Below are positions 11,225-21,861 of a stretch of DNA of 64,000 bases, piece after piece. The notes beneath the pieces are model-generated. The model saw only the letters and a list, made by a program, of their open reading frames with translations. It had not been told where the DNA came from and did not search any database. The translations under genes were made by a program, and so were the position numbers. This stretch comes from a bacterium (GTDB taxonomy: Bacteria > Electryoneota > Electryoneia > Electryoneales > Electryoneaceae). The first letter of the stretch is position 1. The number at the start of each line of letters is the position of its first letter. The stretch spans positions 4,684-68,683 of the forward strand of contig JAZDLX010000200.1 in the NCBI GenBank assembly GCA_043801585.1, written 5' to 3'.

Positions 11225-11253
11225 TTGCAGGGTTGGGAGGCACTGTGTATATT
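11225..11253 (+). promoter_or_regulatory. Putative promoter for GH2-like/guaB operon
   Basis: TTGCAG-17 bp-TATATT. Confidence 0.55.
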
Positions 11254-11284
11254 CACGTTCAACTTTGGTCAACCCGGCGGAACC

Positions 11285-13858
11285 ATGGCCCGAAATGCGA
11301 GTTCCCCCGTCCTTGCACTGTTTCTTGCGCTATCTCTGGCGGTGCCTGCGGCCGCCTCGCGCGACTTTGCGTATCGGGCTGGGGATCCTTCCCAACCATA
11401 TATCCCTCAAACGGGTCCGTCTGCCCCTACGTCTGCCACCTGGTACAAGCCACTTTCGGGCACATGGCATCTGCAGAAAGGTAAAGATCAGGCCTTCCAG
11501 GTTGACGTTCCGGGGTGTTGGCCGAGCGGTGAGGGAGCGATCACTCTGTCAACCACCTTCCGCATCCCCGAAGAATATCAGGACAGGCATCTCCATCTCG
11601 TTTTCTGGGGAGCGAGACGCCACCTTTCCATCAAGGTGAACGGAAGGCTTGTCGAAGCGTGGGATGCTGACTGGCCCACGTTTGACGTTGAACTGCCGCG
11701 TTGGCTTTTGAGGTTTGACCGGCCAAACGATCTCGAAGTCGAAGTGCACGATGAATTGAGCGCCCGGCAATCGATTCCGTTGAAACCGAAACTCTACGAT
11801 TCGGTTCCCTATTCCGGTCTGTTCTCGGATGTCGCGTTCGTCGCCGGTCCGACCATTGGGGTGGAGGATCTTGACTGGGATGTCCGTTTAAGGGACAACT
11901 ACTCCGTCGCCGACTGGACCATCTCGTTCTCGCTGCGCAATCATCGTAACGCAAACATCGACTCGGTTGTCGTTCAGCAGCTCTCTGTACGCGGGGAGTG
12001 GGTTTCTCCCGATGGCCAGTCCAAAGGCCACAGTGAACCAATCAGCATCACCATTGACGCTGTAGAACGCATCCAGGGGGAAGTGCACGGTTCCATCGAA
12101 CATCCGAGACTGTGGACGATTGAAGACCCGAACCTCTATTCGTTCCGACTCGTGTTTCAGCAAAAAGACAGTCTCTGGTCGATTCCGCTCCGGTTCGGTT
12201 TAAACGAATTTCGCTGGGAACCCGAAGGAGTGCTGCTCAACGGGAAACGAATCCAGATTCGCGGAGTTGACCTGCGGCAGGAAACGTTTCAACACGGCAT
12301 CGCGCTGACAACGGATGAAGTTCGCGCGGATCTTGAGAGGATCCGCAACCTTGGGTTCAATCTTGTCCGTGTGGTTGGCGATCCTCCGCATCCATCGACC
12401 ACCAGGATTTGCGATGAACTGGGGCTTTTGCTGGTTCCCCAACTGGGATTGAGGGGAGTTCCTGAGACGATCTTCCATTTCGCTCCCTTCCACGACCGTC
12501 TCTCGAAAATGCTCACTGCCATGGTCCGCCGTGAGGGGATGCACCCGTGCGTTGCTGCCTGGGGATTGATCAGTTGGGCTCCGCCGACAGACGCCGTGGT
12601 GGCGGACATCGGCCAACTCGCCGAAGGTATATCCAAGCTGGATAAGCGTCCGTTGATGGTTGGTTTTGCAATCAACGGATCACGTGACCTTCCCGATCAT
12701 GTCGTCGGTGTCGCGGAACGTTCACCCTATCTGATTTTCGAACCTCTTCCACCGATGCGCAGCCGGGCTGAACCGTGGCTGATTGGTGGACTTGGCTCCT
12801 TCGCAACTCGCCAAAACCTTGCCGAGGACAGCATTCGCGGACAGGTCCGCCAATCGGATGCCCTGCTTCACCAGTTGAAAGCGGCACGGGCGATGCCTTC
12901 GGCAGGATTCATCATCGATGGCTACGCGGACCGCTTCAGTGCTCTGCCGATGCTGGTAGCCGGCGGGGAGCGGCTCAACAACGAAATCGCGCGTGGTTTA
13001 ATGACCAGCGATCGCGAGAAACGGATTGCCTGGCAGAAGGTTGGGGACGCGATGGGGCAGCTCCGCATCGAGGCCCCGACGCTTGAAATGCCCCAACCTG
13101 AATTCCCGATTATTTTCCCGCTTGCGACGATGGCGGTGGGCGGATTCCTGCTGCTCATGATGCGCCAGAACAACGTCTTCCGGCACAATCTGCAACGGAT
13201 GTTTGCGCATACCCATGGCTTCTTTGTCGACATCCGAGACAAGAGATACTTTCAGTCGGGACAGACGTTTCTTGTCGCGCTGCTCTATTCCGCGGGGAGT
13301 GCGATTTTCGAGGCCGGGTGGTTGCATCACAGCCGCTCCGATTTTGGACTCGACTATCTGCTGACCCTCGTCGTTCCATTCTTCCAGGTCAAAGCCCGGC
13401 TTGTGGAATGGGCATGGCAGCCGCTGCAGGGAATCCTTGCATTTACCCTGATCAACTACCTTGGACTCGTCCTGCTGGCCTTTCTCCTGAGAGTCATGTC
13501 AATCCCCTTCCGCGGATCCCTTTCGATGAAACAGACATTCAGCCTGGTGGCCTGGGCGAGCACCAATTTTCTGCTCCTGATTCCGCTCGGATTGATCCAT
13601 TACCGTTTTCTCGATTTCAACTGGTTCTTGCCTGCTCTGCTGTTTGTGTGCGCAATCTTCTTTTTCTGGTTCCTCGCGCGTATTGTTTCGATGATACGGA
13701 TCGGCTACCGTGTGACGATACAAACTGCCTGGATGATCTTCCTGTTCATGATTGTGATGCTCGCTGGCACGGCGCTGCTCCTCTATCGCAGTGGTTATGC
13801 GATGCCGGAGTACCTCGATTTCTACGCACATGTGATATCCCCCTGGGTGAGGGGGTGA
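11285..13858 (+). CDS. Exported GH2 (beta-glucuronidase-like) fold protein with C-terminal multi-TM domain; catalytic glutamates apparently absent
   Basis: Signal peptide from ATG 11285; LSGTW, VPGCW, VNG, YSGLFSDV, LWTIEDPNLY, LLNGKRIQIRGV, GFNLVR; about 6-7 TM helices at the C-terminus. Confidence 0.8.
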   Translation: MARNASSPVLALFLALSLAVPAAASRDFAYRAGDPSQPYIPQTGPSAPTSATWYKPLSGTWHLQKGKDQAFQVDVPGCWPSGEGAITLSTTFRIPEEYQDRHLHLVFWGARRHLSIKVNGRLVEAWDADWPTFDVELPRWLLRFDRPNDLEVEVHDELSARQSIPLKPKLYDSVPYSGLFSDVAFVAGPTIGVEDLDWDVRLRDNYSVADWTISFSLRNHRNANIDSVVVQQLSVRGEWVSPDGQSKGHSEPISITIDAVERIQGEVHGSIEHPRLWTIEDPNLYSFRLVFQQKDSLWSIPLRFGLNEFRWEPEGVLLNGKRIQIRGVDLRQETFQHGIALTTDEVRADLERIRNLGFNLVRVVGDPPHPSTTRICDELGLLLVPQLGLRGVPETIFHFAPFHDRLSKMLTAMVRREGMHPCVAAWGLISWAPPTDAVVADIGQLAEGISKLDKRPLMVGFAINGSRDLPDHVVGVAERSPYLIFEPLPPMRSRAEPWLIGGLGSFATRQNLAEDSIRGQVRQSDALLHQLKAARAMPSAGFIIDGYADRFSALPMLVAGGERLNNEIARGLMTSDREKRIAWQKVGDAMGQLRIEAPTLEMPQPEFPIIFPLATMAVGGFLLLMMRQNNVFRHNLQRMFAHTHGFFVDIRDKRYFQSGQTFLVALLYSAGSAIFEAGWLHHSRSDFGLDYLLTLVVPFFQVKARLVEWAWQPLQGILAFTLINYLGLVLLAFLLRVMSIPFRGSLSMKQTFSLVAWASTNFLLLIPLGLIHYRFLDFNWFLPALLFVCAIFFFWFLARIVSMIRIGYRVTIQTAWMIFLFMIVMLAGTALLLYRSGYAMPEYLDFYAHVISPWVRG

Positions 13859-15337
<1,479 letters not shown>

Positions 15338-15365
15338 AGAAGTCCCTTCACCAAGAGAGAGAAAT

Positions 15366-15390
15366 ACGGGGAACGCTGGGCGTTCCCCGT
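15366..15390. terminator. Intrinsic terminator hairpin between convergent guaB and rpsT
   Basis: ACGGGGAACGC-TGG-GCGTTCCCCGT. Confidence 0.75.
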
Positions 15391-15429
15391 TGTGTACCTT
15401 AAAGGATGTTGATCGGGCTTGAGAAGCGT

Positions 15430-15687
15430 TCAGCCCTGGCGGCTGCGCACGATATCAGCAAGACGGGATTTCTTGTCGGCTGCGCGGTTCTTATGGATAA
15501 TTCCCTTGCCCGCGGCACGATCCAGTACTTTGACCGCAGTCGCATAGGCCTCGGTGGCCTTCTCGGAATTATCAGATTCGCGGACGGCACGGACAGCCTG
15601 CTTGATCTTCGCCCGGTACGCGCGATTTCGGCTGCGTTCACGGGCCGACGTCCGCATGCGCTTCTCGTTTGACTTATGCTGAGGCAT
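15430..15687 (-). CDS. rpsT: 30S ribosomal protein S20
   Basis: MPQHKSNEKRMR...LDRAAGKGIIHKNRAADKKSRL; true start at ATG 15687. Confidence 0.96.
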   Translation of the reverse strand: MPQHKSNEKRMRTSARERSRNRAYRAKIKQAVRAVRESDNSEKATEAYATAVKVLDRAAGKGIIHKNRAADKKSRLADIVRSRQG

Positions 15688-15731
15688 GTTTTCAATCCAC
15701 CTAACGACAATCGTTTCGTTTGTGACGCGCC

Positions 15732-15760
15732 AATATAGGCCAAGATGAACAGTCAAGCAA
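15732..15760 (-). promoter_or_regulatory. Putative rpsT promoter overlapping cobB 5' end
   Basis: TTGCTT-17 bp-TATATT. Confidence 0.55.
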
Positions 15761-16530
15761 GCAACAAAATCATGACTCTCGTGGAGCAGATGCTTGATTC
15801 CAAAAGCATTTGTGTGCTGACGGGAGCGGGAGTATCGAAAGAAAGCGGAGTGCCCACGTTTCGCGACGAGGACGGCCTCTGGAACAAGTTCCGTCCAGAA
15901 GAGCTGGCGAACGTTCAGGCGTTTCTCTCGAATCCGAAACTCGTCTGGGAATGGTACGACTGGCGGCGGAAACTGATGGCTGAAGTTTCTCCAAATCCAG
16001 GACATAAAGCTTTGGCAGAATTGGAATTACTATTTACTCACTTCGTTTTAATCACGCAGAACGTCGATAACCTTCACCGCGAAGCGGGGAGCAGGGACAT
16101 CATTGAACTTCATGGTAATATCCGTAGAAACAAATGTTTCGACTGTCATGTCGTATTCGAAACGGATTCCTCAGAATCAAACGATGAATTCACTTCGGGC
16201 GAATTGCCGAAATGCCTTGTCTGCGGCGGCAGACTCCGTCCGGATGTCGTCTGGTTCGGGGAGAACCTGCCCGAAGAGGCGCTGAATCGTGCGTGGAGTG
16301 AGTCAGAGAGGTGCGACATCTTCTTTTCCATCGGCACCTCGGCTGTCGTCTATCCTGCTGCGGCCCTGCCACAGGTGGCAAAATCGTCAGGTGCGTTCCT
16401 CGTCGAAATCAATCCAAAGCCAACCGAATTGAGCTCTCTTGCGGACATCGTCTTCCAGGGAGCATCCGGAGAAATTCTGCCGAAAATCGTCGCTGCCCTG
16501 AAAGACAATCGGAGGGAGGAACAGCCATGA
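15745..16530 (+). CDS. cobB: NAD-dependent protein deacylase (class III sirtuin)
   Basis: TGAGVSKESGVPTFR, WYDWRR, TQNVD, ELHG, CxxC pairs, RPDVVWFGE, GTSAVVYPAA. Confidence 0.95.
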   Translation: MNSQASNKIMTLVEQMLDSKSICVLTGAGVSKESGVPTFRDEDGLWNKFRPEELANVQAFLSNPKLVWEWYDWRRKLMAEVSPNPGHKALAELELLFTHFVLITQNVDNLHREAGSRDIIELHGNIRRNKCFDCHVVFETDSSESNDEFTSGELPKCLVCGGRLRPDVVWFGENLPEEALNRAWSESERCDIFFSIGTSAVVYPAAALPQVAKSSGAFLVEINPKPTELSSLADIVFQGASGEILPKIVAALKDNRREEQP

Positions 16531-18797
16531 TACGGCGTCGATCGAACCGCCTTTTCGCCGTTCTCATGGCCGCTGCATTGCTTTCAGCAGGGTGCGCCTA
16601 TTTCAACTCCTTTTACAACACGAAAAAGTATTTCAAAGATGGAGAAAAGAAGCGGGGAAGTACCACCACACAGGCTGTGCGACCCCAGGAATACAATAAA
16701 TCGATCGAGGCAGGTTCTCGCCTGATTGAATTCTACCCGGAGTCGAAATACATCGATGACACATTGTACCTGATGGGGCAATCCTATTACTGGTTGGGAG
16801 ACTACCATAAAGCCCAGAGAAAATTCGAGGAGCTTCAGTCGAATTATCCCGAGAGCCCCTATTTCGACGACTCCCGTCTCTGGATGGGCAAGGTGTTTGT
16901 CAAGCTGAAGAAACGTCAGGAGGCGACGAATACACTCCGCGGATTGATGAGCGATACCCAGGACCCGCTGCTCGTTTCGGGCGCCCAATTTGCAATTGCT
17001 GAACTCTATTTCGATGATTCACTCTTCGTCAAGGCGGAGGAGCAGTTCCTTAAAGTCACCGAGCTACCCGGAAGCGATGATGTGATCGGCGAGGCGTACT
17101 GGAGAGCGGGGGACGCAGCGTTTCGTGAAGGGCGTTACGAACAGGCCACGGAGTATTTGCGAAATGCGCTGAAGCACACCCTGTCGAAAAGCCTCGTCAT
17201 CGAGGTTCGGTTGCTCTATGGAAAATCCCTGCTGAAAGCGGGACATCCCCAGAAAGCGTTGAACGAGTTTGATTCATTACTGAAAGATAAACGGTATTTC
17301 GAGTACCACGACCAGGTTCTTATCGAACGCGCCATCGCTCATCGTGAAATTGGAAAAAAGGACGAAGCGTGTGCGGAGTTGCAGTCAGTCATTGACAGCT
17401 CACCTCGGACGGAAGCGGCTGCCCAGAGCTACTACCTTCTTGGATTGTGGGCGCTGAAGGACGAAGGAGCGGGAAGGAACTCCCGCGGCTATCTGGAAAA
17501 GGCGAAAGTGGAGCGATCCCGTTCGTTCTATTCCATGAAAGCCGACACTCTGCTGAATCAAATAAATCAGGTGCAGAGGCTTAGCAACCGTCGTCTGCGA
17601 CTCGACAGGAGAATTCAAATCCTGGAAAATTGGATTGCCGATCCGGTGAATCCGGCTGACACGACGGCCCTCATCAAGAAGCCGTATTACAGCAAGACGC
17701 TGTTCGACAGCCTGAAGATCATTCCGCTGCTCTCGACTGCATACTCACCGGACACCTCATCCACTCAGGACAGCCTTGCACAGATCATGGTTTTCGACCC
17801 GAGATCCGTTCTCGATTCCCTTGCGTACGATCGAGTCGCGCTGCAAACGACCCGTTTTCATCTGGGAGAACTGTTGCTGTTTGACATGGGAGAGCAGGAC
17901 AGCGCGTTAACGGTCTTCCGTGAATTGACACAGAGTTCGGGTATCGATTCTGTGCGTGCACGGGCGTGGTTGGCGATCGCCTACCTCCATAAAATGCGAG
18001 GCGAACAATCGCAGCATGATTCGTTGCTAACCAGGATTGCAGAGGAGTATGCAACCACCCGGTTCGGCACCTTTGCGCTGAAAAAACTCGGCCGTGAGAA
18101 CGAAACAAAAGAGCTCGTCAGACCGGATGAAGAGGCGTATCGAGAGGCTGTCTCCCTTTATGTGGATAAGGATCAGCGTCCAGAGGCCTATTCCCGATTT
18201 CGCTGGATTATCGACCGCTATCCCACCTCTCCGCTGGTCGTACCGTCCTATTACGCTGCCGCTTTTATCGCGGCACGGGACATGGGAGATATCGTCACCG
18301 CCGAGGAGCTGCTCAACCAGTTGGCGAAGGAGTACCCTGCGACCCTCCAGGGACAGCAGGCGAACCTGTTGCTGGCCAGTTTACAGGCAATACGGGACAA
18401 GGAAATGTCAGACAGCCTTGGCACCGGCATGGAAAACAACAGCACCCTGTCCGAGGAGGAACTCGATCAGAAACCGGTCATGGTCGGTGGGCTGGAATCA
18501 CTTTCGTCCGTACTCGATTCACGGGGATTGATGCCTCAGGAGGTTCTCAGGGGAGCGGGCGGTGATGTGCTTTTGCGTTACATTGTCCACGCCGACGGGA
18601 GTGCCAGCAATTTTCGCGTTGTCCTCGAAGATCCACCGGGCCGTGGATTGGCTCGCGCATTGATCAGTGGCCTCCAATTGATGGATTATGCGCCGGGTTT
18701 GAAAAATGGCAAAAAGGTGGATGCACGGGTTGAACACCGCTTTTCGCTGCCCCTCGACGCACCACCTAACGTGAGACCGTTACCGAAGAGACGGTGA
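16527..18797 (+). CDS. TPR-repeat lipoprotein with C-terminal TonB-like domain
   Basis: ATG 16527 overlaps the cobB stop; lipobox LSAGC; AYFNSFYN; repeated YPESxYxDD TPR motifs; C-terminal GDVLLRYIVHADG...YAPGLKNGKKV. Confidence 0.78.
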   Translation: MIRRRSNRLFAVLMAAALLSAGCAYFNSFYNTKKYFKDGEKKRGSTTTQAVRPQEYNKSIEAGSRLIEFYPESKYIDDTLYLMGQSYYWLGDYHKAQRKFEELQSNYPESPYFDDSRLWMGKVFVKLKKRQEATNTLRGLMSDTQDPLLVSGAQFAIAELYFDDSLFVKAEEQFLKVTELPGSDDVIGEAYWRAGDAAFREGRYEQATEYLRNALKHTLSKSLVIEVRLLYGKSLLKAGHPQKALNEFDSLLKDKRYFEYHDQVLIERAIAHREIGKKDEACAELQSVIDSSPRTEAAAQSYYLLGLWALKDEGAGRNSRGYLEKAKVERSRSFYSMKADTLLNQINQVQRLSNRRLRLDRRIQILENWIADPVNPADTTALIKKPYYSKTLFDSLKIIPLLSTAYSPDTSSTQDSLAQIMVFDPRSVLDSLAYDRVALQTTRFHLGELLLFDMGEQDSALTVFRELTQSSGIDSVRARAWLAIAYLHKMRGEQSQHDSLLTRIAEEYATTRFGTFALKKLGRENETKELVRPDEEAYREAVSLYVDKDQRPEAYSRFRWIIDRYPTSPLVVPSYYAAAFIAARDMGDIVTAEELLNQLAKEYPATLQGQQANLLLASLQAIRDKEMSDSLGTGMENNSTLSEEELDQKPVMVGGLESLSSVLDSRGLMPQEVLRGAGGDVLLRYIVHADGSASNFRVVLEDPPGRGLARALISGLQLMDYAPGLKNGKKVDARVEHRFSLPLDAPPNVRPLPKRR

Positions 18798-19609
18798 GCG
18801 TGAAGACCCTCGAAAACGCTACAGTTGTGAGTCATCGCCAAATTCGGGAGAGGATCGTCTCGCTGTGGCTGCGTGCCCCCAGGATTGCCGGACGAGCGCA
18901 CCCCGGCCAATTCGTCCACGTTCGTGTTTCACAGGCTTTCCAACCTCTTTTACGCCGTCCAATCAGTATCGGTCGAGTCCATGGAGATGAGCTGGAGCTC
19001 GTCTGGCGGATTGTCGGTGCCGGCACTGAAATCCTGGCGCGCGCTCAACCCGATGATGTTGTCGATCTGCTCGGACCGCTCGGACGGCCGTTCACGATTG
19101 ATCCAAACGTGGACAAATCGTTGCTGGTTGGAGGCGGCCTCGGAGCCCCGCCCGTCGTCTATCTCTATGAACGTCTGAAATCGCTCGGGAAAGACGCCTC
19201 GTTAATCGTTGGCGCTCGATCCAGAGCGGACCTACCGCTCGCGGATGACGACCCCCTTTTGCGCGGAATCACCGTCGTCACCGAGGCGAAAGACAAGCAT
19301 TTCCGGACGGGACTCGCAACAGAGCCTCTCATGGAATTGCTATCGAAGCGGCGCAACGAAGGCGCCCTCGAACACACCGCGGTTTATTCCTGCGGGCCCT
19401 GGGGACTTGTCGGTGCACTCCAGAAAACAATTCCACGCGGCGATCTGAAAGTTGTGGAGGTCTCCCTGGAGCAGCAGATGGGTTGTGGCGTCGGGGTCTG
19501 CCAGGGGTGCGCGGTCGTCGCCGAGGGTGGGCCGACTCCGTACAGATTGACCTGTTCGGACGGACCGGTGTTCGATCTCTTTTCCGTGGAGGTGCCCGGT
19601 GTCCTTTAG
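18794..19609 (+). CDS. pyrK: Dihydroorotate dehydrogenase electron transfer subunit
   Basis: PGQFV, LRRPIS, GPLG, GGGLG, CGP, MGCGVGVCQGC...CSDGPVF. Confidence 0.95.
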   Translation: MSVKTLENATVVSHRQIRERIVSLWLRAPRIAGRAHPGQFVHVRVSQAFQPLLRRPISIGRVHGDELELVWRIVGAGTEILARAQPDDVVDLLGPLGRPFTIDPNVDKSLLVGGGLGAPPVVYLYERLKSLGKDASLIVGARSRADLPLADDDPLLRGITVVTEAKDKHFRTGLATEPLMELLSKRRNEGALEHTAVYSCGPWGLVGALQKTIPRGDLKVVEVSLEQQMGCGVGVCQGCAVVAEGGPTPYRLTCSDGPVFDLFSVEVPGVL

Positions 19610-20543
19610 CCTGAAAACCACGGTTGGCTCCCTGACGATGAACAGCCCGATCATAGCCGCGTCCGGTTGCTACGGGTACGGTATCGAATACAGGGATGTT
19701 GCTGATCCATCGCACCTCGGCGCATTTGTCACGAAGAGTATTTCACTGGAACAGTGGAAGGGAAATCCACCGCCACGGCTTGCGGAGGTCGGCCCCGGAT
19801 TGATCAACAGCATTGGCCTCGCAAACATGGGCGTCGGCAACTTCCTGAAGGAAATAGGACCTCAACTGACGGAACTCGGCACAAAAGTGATTGTGTCGGT
19901 CGCCTGCAAGGTGATGGAAGAATACCCACAGGTGGTCGAACGCCTGGAGGAGTGCACGGCCATCGACGGGTACGAATTGAACATCAGTTGCCCGAACGTG
20001 AAAGAAGGGGGAATGGCTTTCAGCCAGAATCCGCGTATCACGGAACAACTCGTTTCCACCGTGCGAAAAGTGACCGGCAAGTGGTTCACGTCGAAACTCA
20101 CCCCGAACGTCGCCAGCGTGAAGGATGGCGCCCTGGCCGCTGAAGCGGGCGGCAGCAATGCCATCAGCCTGATCAACACTCTTGTGGGCATGGCGGTCGA
20201 CTGGAGAACCAAACGCCCAAGGGTTGCGACAATCACCGGCGGATATTCCGGTCCGCCGATTAAACCCGTCGCCCTCGCCAAAGTCTGGGAAGCCTGCAAT
20301 GCTGTCAAGATTCCTGTCATCGGCATCGGCGGTATTGTCTCCTGGACCGATGTGCTCGAATTCATGATCGTCGGGGCAACTGCAGTACAGGTCGGTACGG
20401 CGCTCTATGCGGATCCGCAGATACCGCAGAAATTGAATGAGGAATTGACAAAATATGGGACTGAACATAGCTTGAGCTCGTTGTCCGAAATCGTTGGAAG
20501 TCTGAAGACGGATCGAGCAGCCATGGTTGGAGTCTCCAGTTGA
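19599..20543 (+). CDS. pyrD: Dihydroorotate dehydrogenase family 1B catalytic subunit
   Basis: ASGCYG, GNPPPR, NSIGLAN, ELNISCPNV, KLTPNV, GGYSGPPIKP. Confidence 0.96.
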   Translation: MSFSLKTTVGSLTMNSPIIAASGCYGYGIEYRDVADPSHLGAFVTKSISLEQWKGNPPPRLAEVGPGLINSIGLANMGVGNFLKEIGPQLTELGTKVIVSVACKVMEEYPQVVERLEECTAIDGYELNISCPNVKEGGMAFSQNPRITEQLVSTVRKVTGKWFTSKLTPNVASVKDGALAAEAGGSNAISLINTLVGMAVDWRTKRPRVATITGGYSGPPIKPVALAKVWEACNAVKIPVIGIGGIVSWTDVLEFMIVGATAVQVGTALYADPQIPQKLNEELTKYGTEHSLSSLSEIVGSLKTDRAAMVGVSS

Positions 20544-21031
20544 TGGTGCGGATCGGTGCGATAATAAGGTACGCCGTTCTGGTTCTGATCGCTTTTAATG
20601 CGCTGATCGGACTGACTGCGTGTACTCCGGCTCCTGTCTATCGTGGAACCCGGACGGGTACAGCATCACCCCCGGCGACGAACAGACACTCGACGGGCCT
20701 CGAATCGGCCGAGAGTTTCCGCATTGGACAGGTTCTGGTTGGCGAAGCGAGTTTTTATGGCCCCGGATTTCACGGGAAACTGACCGCCAACGGCGAGACT
20801 TACAATCAGAACGACTTGACGTGTGCCCATAAAACCCTTCCCTTCAACACGAAATTGCGCGTTACCTTCATGCCAACCGGCAAAACGGTGGTCGTTCGGG
20901 TCAACGATCGCGGCCCGTACAAACGCGGACGTATCCTCGACTTGAGCGTTGAGGCGGCCCGGCGTCTTGGCATGTACGAGATCGGCACGGGCATCGTCCG
21001 AGCGCAGATTATCGCCCTGGGAGACATGTGA
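20540..21031 (+). CDS. rlpA: RlpA family lytic transglycosylase lipoprotein (no SPOR domain)
   Basis: Lipobox LTAC; ASFYG.FHG.TANGE, AHKTLP, VNDRGP, ILDLS. Confidence 0.92.
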   Translation: MMVRIGAIIRYAVLVLIAFNALIGLTACTPAPVYRGTRTGTASPPATNRHSTGLESAESFRIGQVLVGEASFYGPGFHGKLTANGETYNQNDLTCAHKTLPFNTKLRVTFMPTGKTVVVRVNDRGPYKRGRILDLSVEAARRLGMYEIGTGIVRAQIIALGDM

Positions 21032-21852
21032 ACAACCTTTTCAAGCGAGTCCTCGTTGGGGCAATCGGCATTCCATTCGCTCTCGTTGTCATTTACTTCG
21101 GCGGATGGACGTTCACCATCGTGATTTCGATCATCGCGGCCGGCACCGCCTATGAATTGATCCGTGTCGCCAAACGAATTCCCATCGAAACCACCCCCTG
21201 GATTGCAGTGATCGCTTCCGCAGCCATGCCGGTCGTCAGCATGCTGTGGGGAGTGAGTGGGATGATGATTTTCTTTCTGCTGACCGTTCTCGTGCTCTCC
21301 ATTTCATCGCTGCTGAAGTCTCCTGCCCAGGGATTCGCCGGCATCATGCTGAACGTTTTTACCGTGGTTTACAGCGGCATCCTGTTCAGTGCCATGATTC
21401 TTCTCCGCAATTCTGGAATTGAAAATGATGTCATCCGCGGTGGATGGCTGCTGCTCTTCGCCATGGCGGGCGTCTGGATTGCGGACTCCGCGGCTTTTTT
21501 CGTCGGATCGTATCTCGGCCGCCACCGTATGTCCCCGGTACTGTCACCGAACAAAACCTACGAGGGAACGATCTGCGGCATCCTTGCTGCTGTTGCCTGG
21601 GGTATCTGGGCGCCGATGATGCCGGAAGCATTTCTTGGCTTCGCCGACCGTGCCGTTCTTGGGGCTATCATCGGCGTGATGGCAGTGCTTGGGGATTTGA
21701 CGGAATCGATGATCAAACGAGCAGTCAACCTGAAAGATTCGAGTAATCTGTTTCCGGGACACGGCGGGATGCTGGATCGCTTTGACAGTCTGCTGATCGT
21801 GCTGCCGTCGGTGTATGTATACCTGGTGCTGCGGGGGATTCTGACGATGTAG
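21028..21852 (+). CDS. cdsA: Phosphatidate cytidylyltransferase
   Basis: SPNKTYEG, GDLTESMIKR, KDSSNLFPGHGGMLDRFDS. Confidence 0.96.
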   Translation: MNNLFKRVLVGAIGIPFALVVIYFGGWTFTIVISIIAAGTAYELIRVAKRIPIETTPWIAVIASAAMPVVSMLWGVSGMMIFFLLTVLVLSISSLLKSPAQGFAGIMLNVFTVVYSGILFSAMILLRNSGIENDVIRGGWLLLFAMAGVWIADSAAFFVGSYLGRHRMSPVLSPNKTYEGTICGILAAVAWGIWAPMMPEAFLGFADRAVLGAIIGVMAVLGDLTESMIKRAVNLKDSSNLFPGHGGMLDRFDSLLIVLPSVYVYLVLRGILTM

Positions 21853-21861
21853 GGATTCTTC

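Noticed and set aside
15688-16005. N-terminally extended S20 (191 aa ORF)
   Set aside because: The extension is antisense to cobB; S20 homology begins at ATG 15687.
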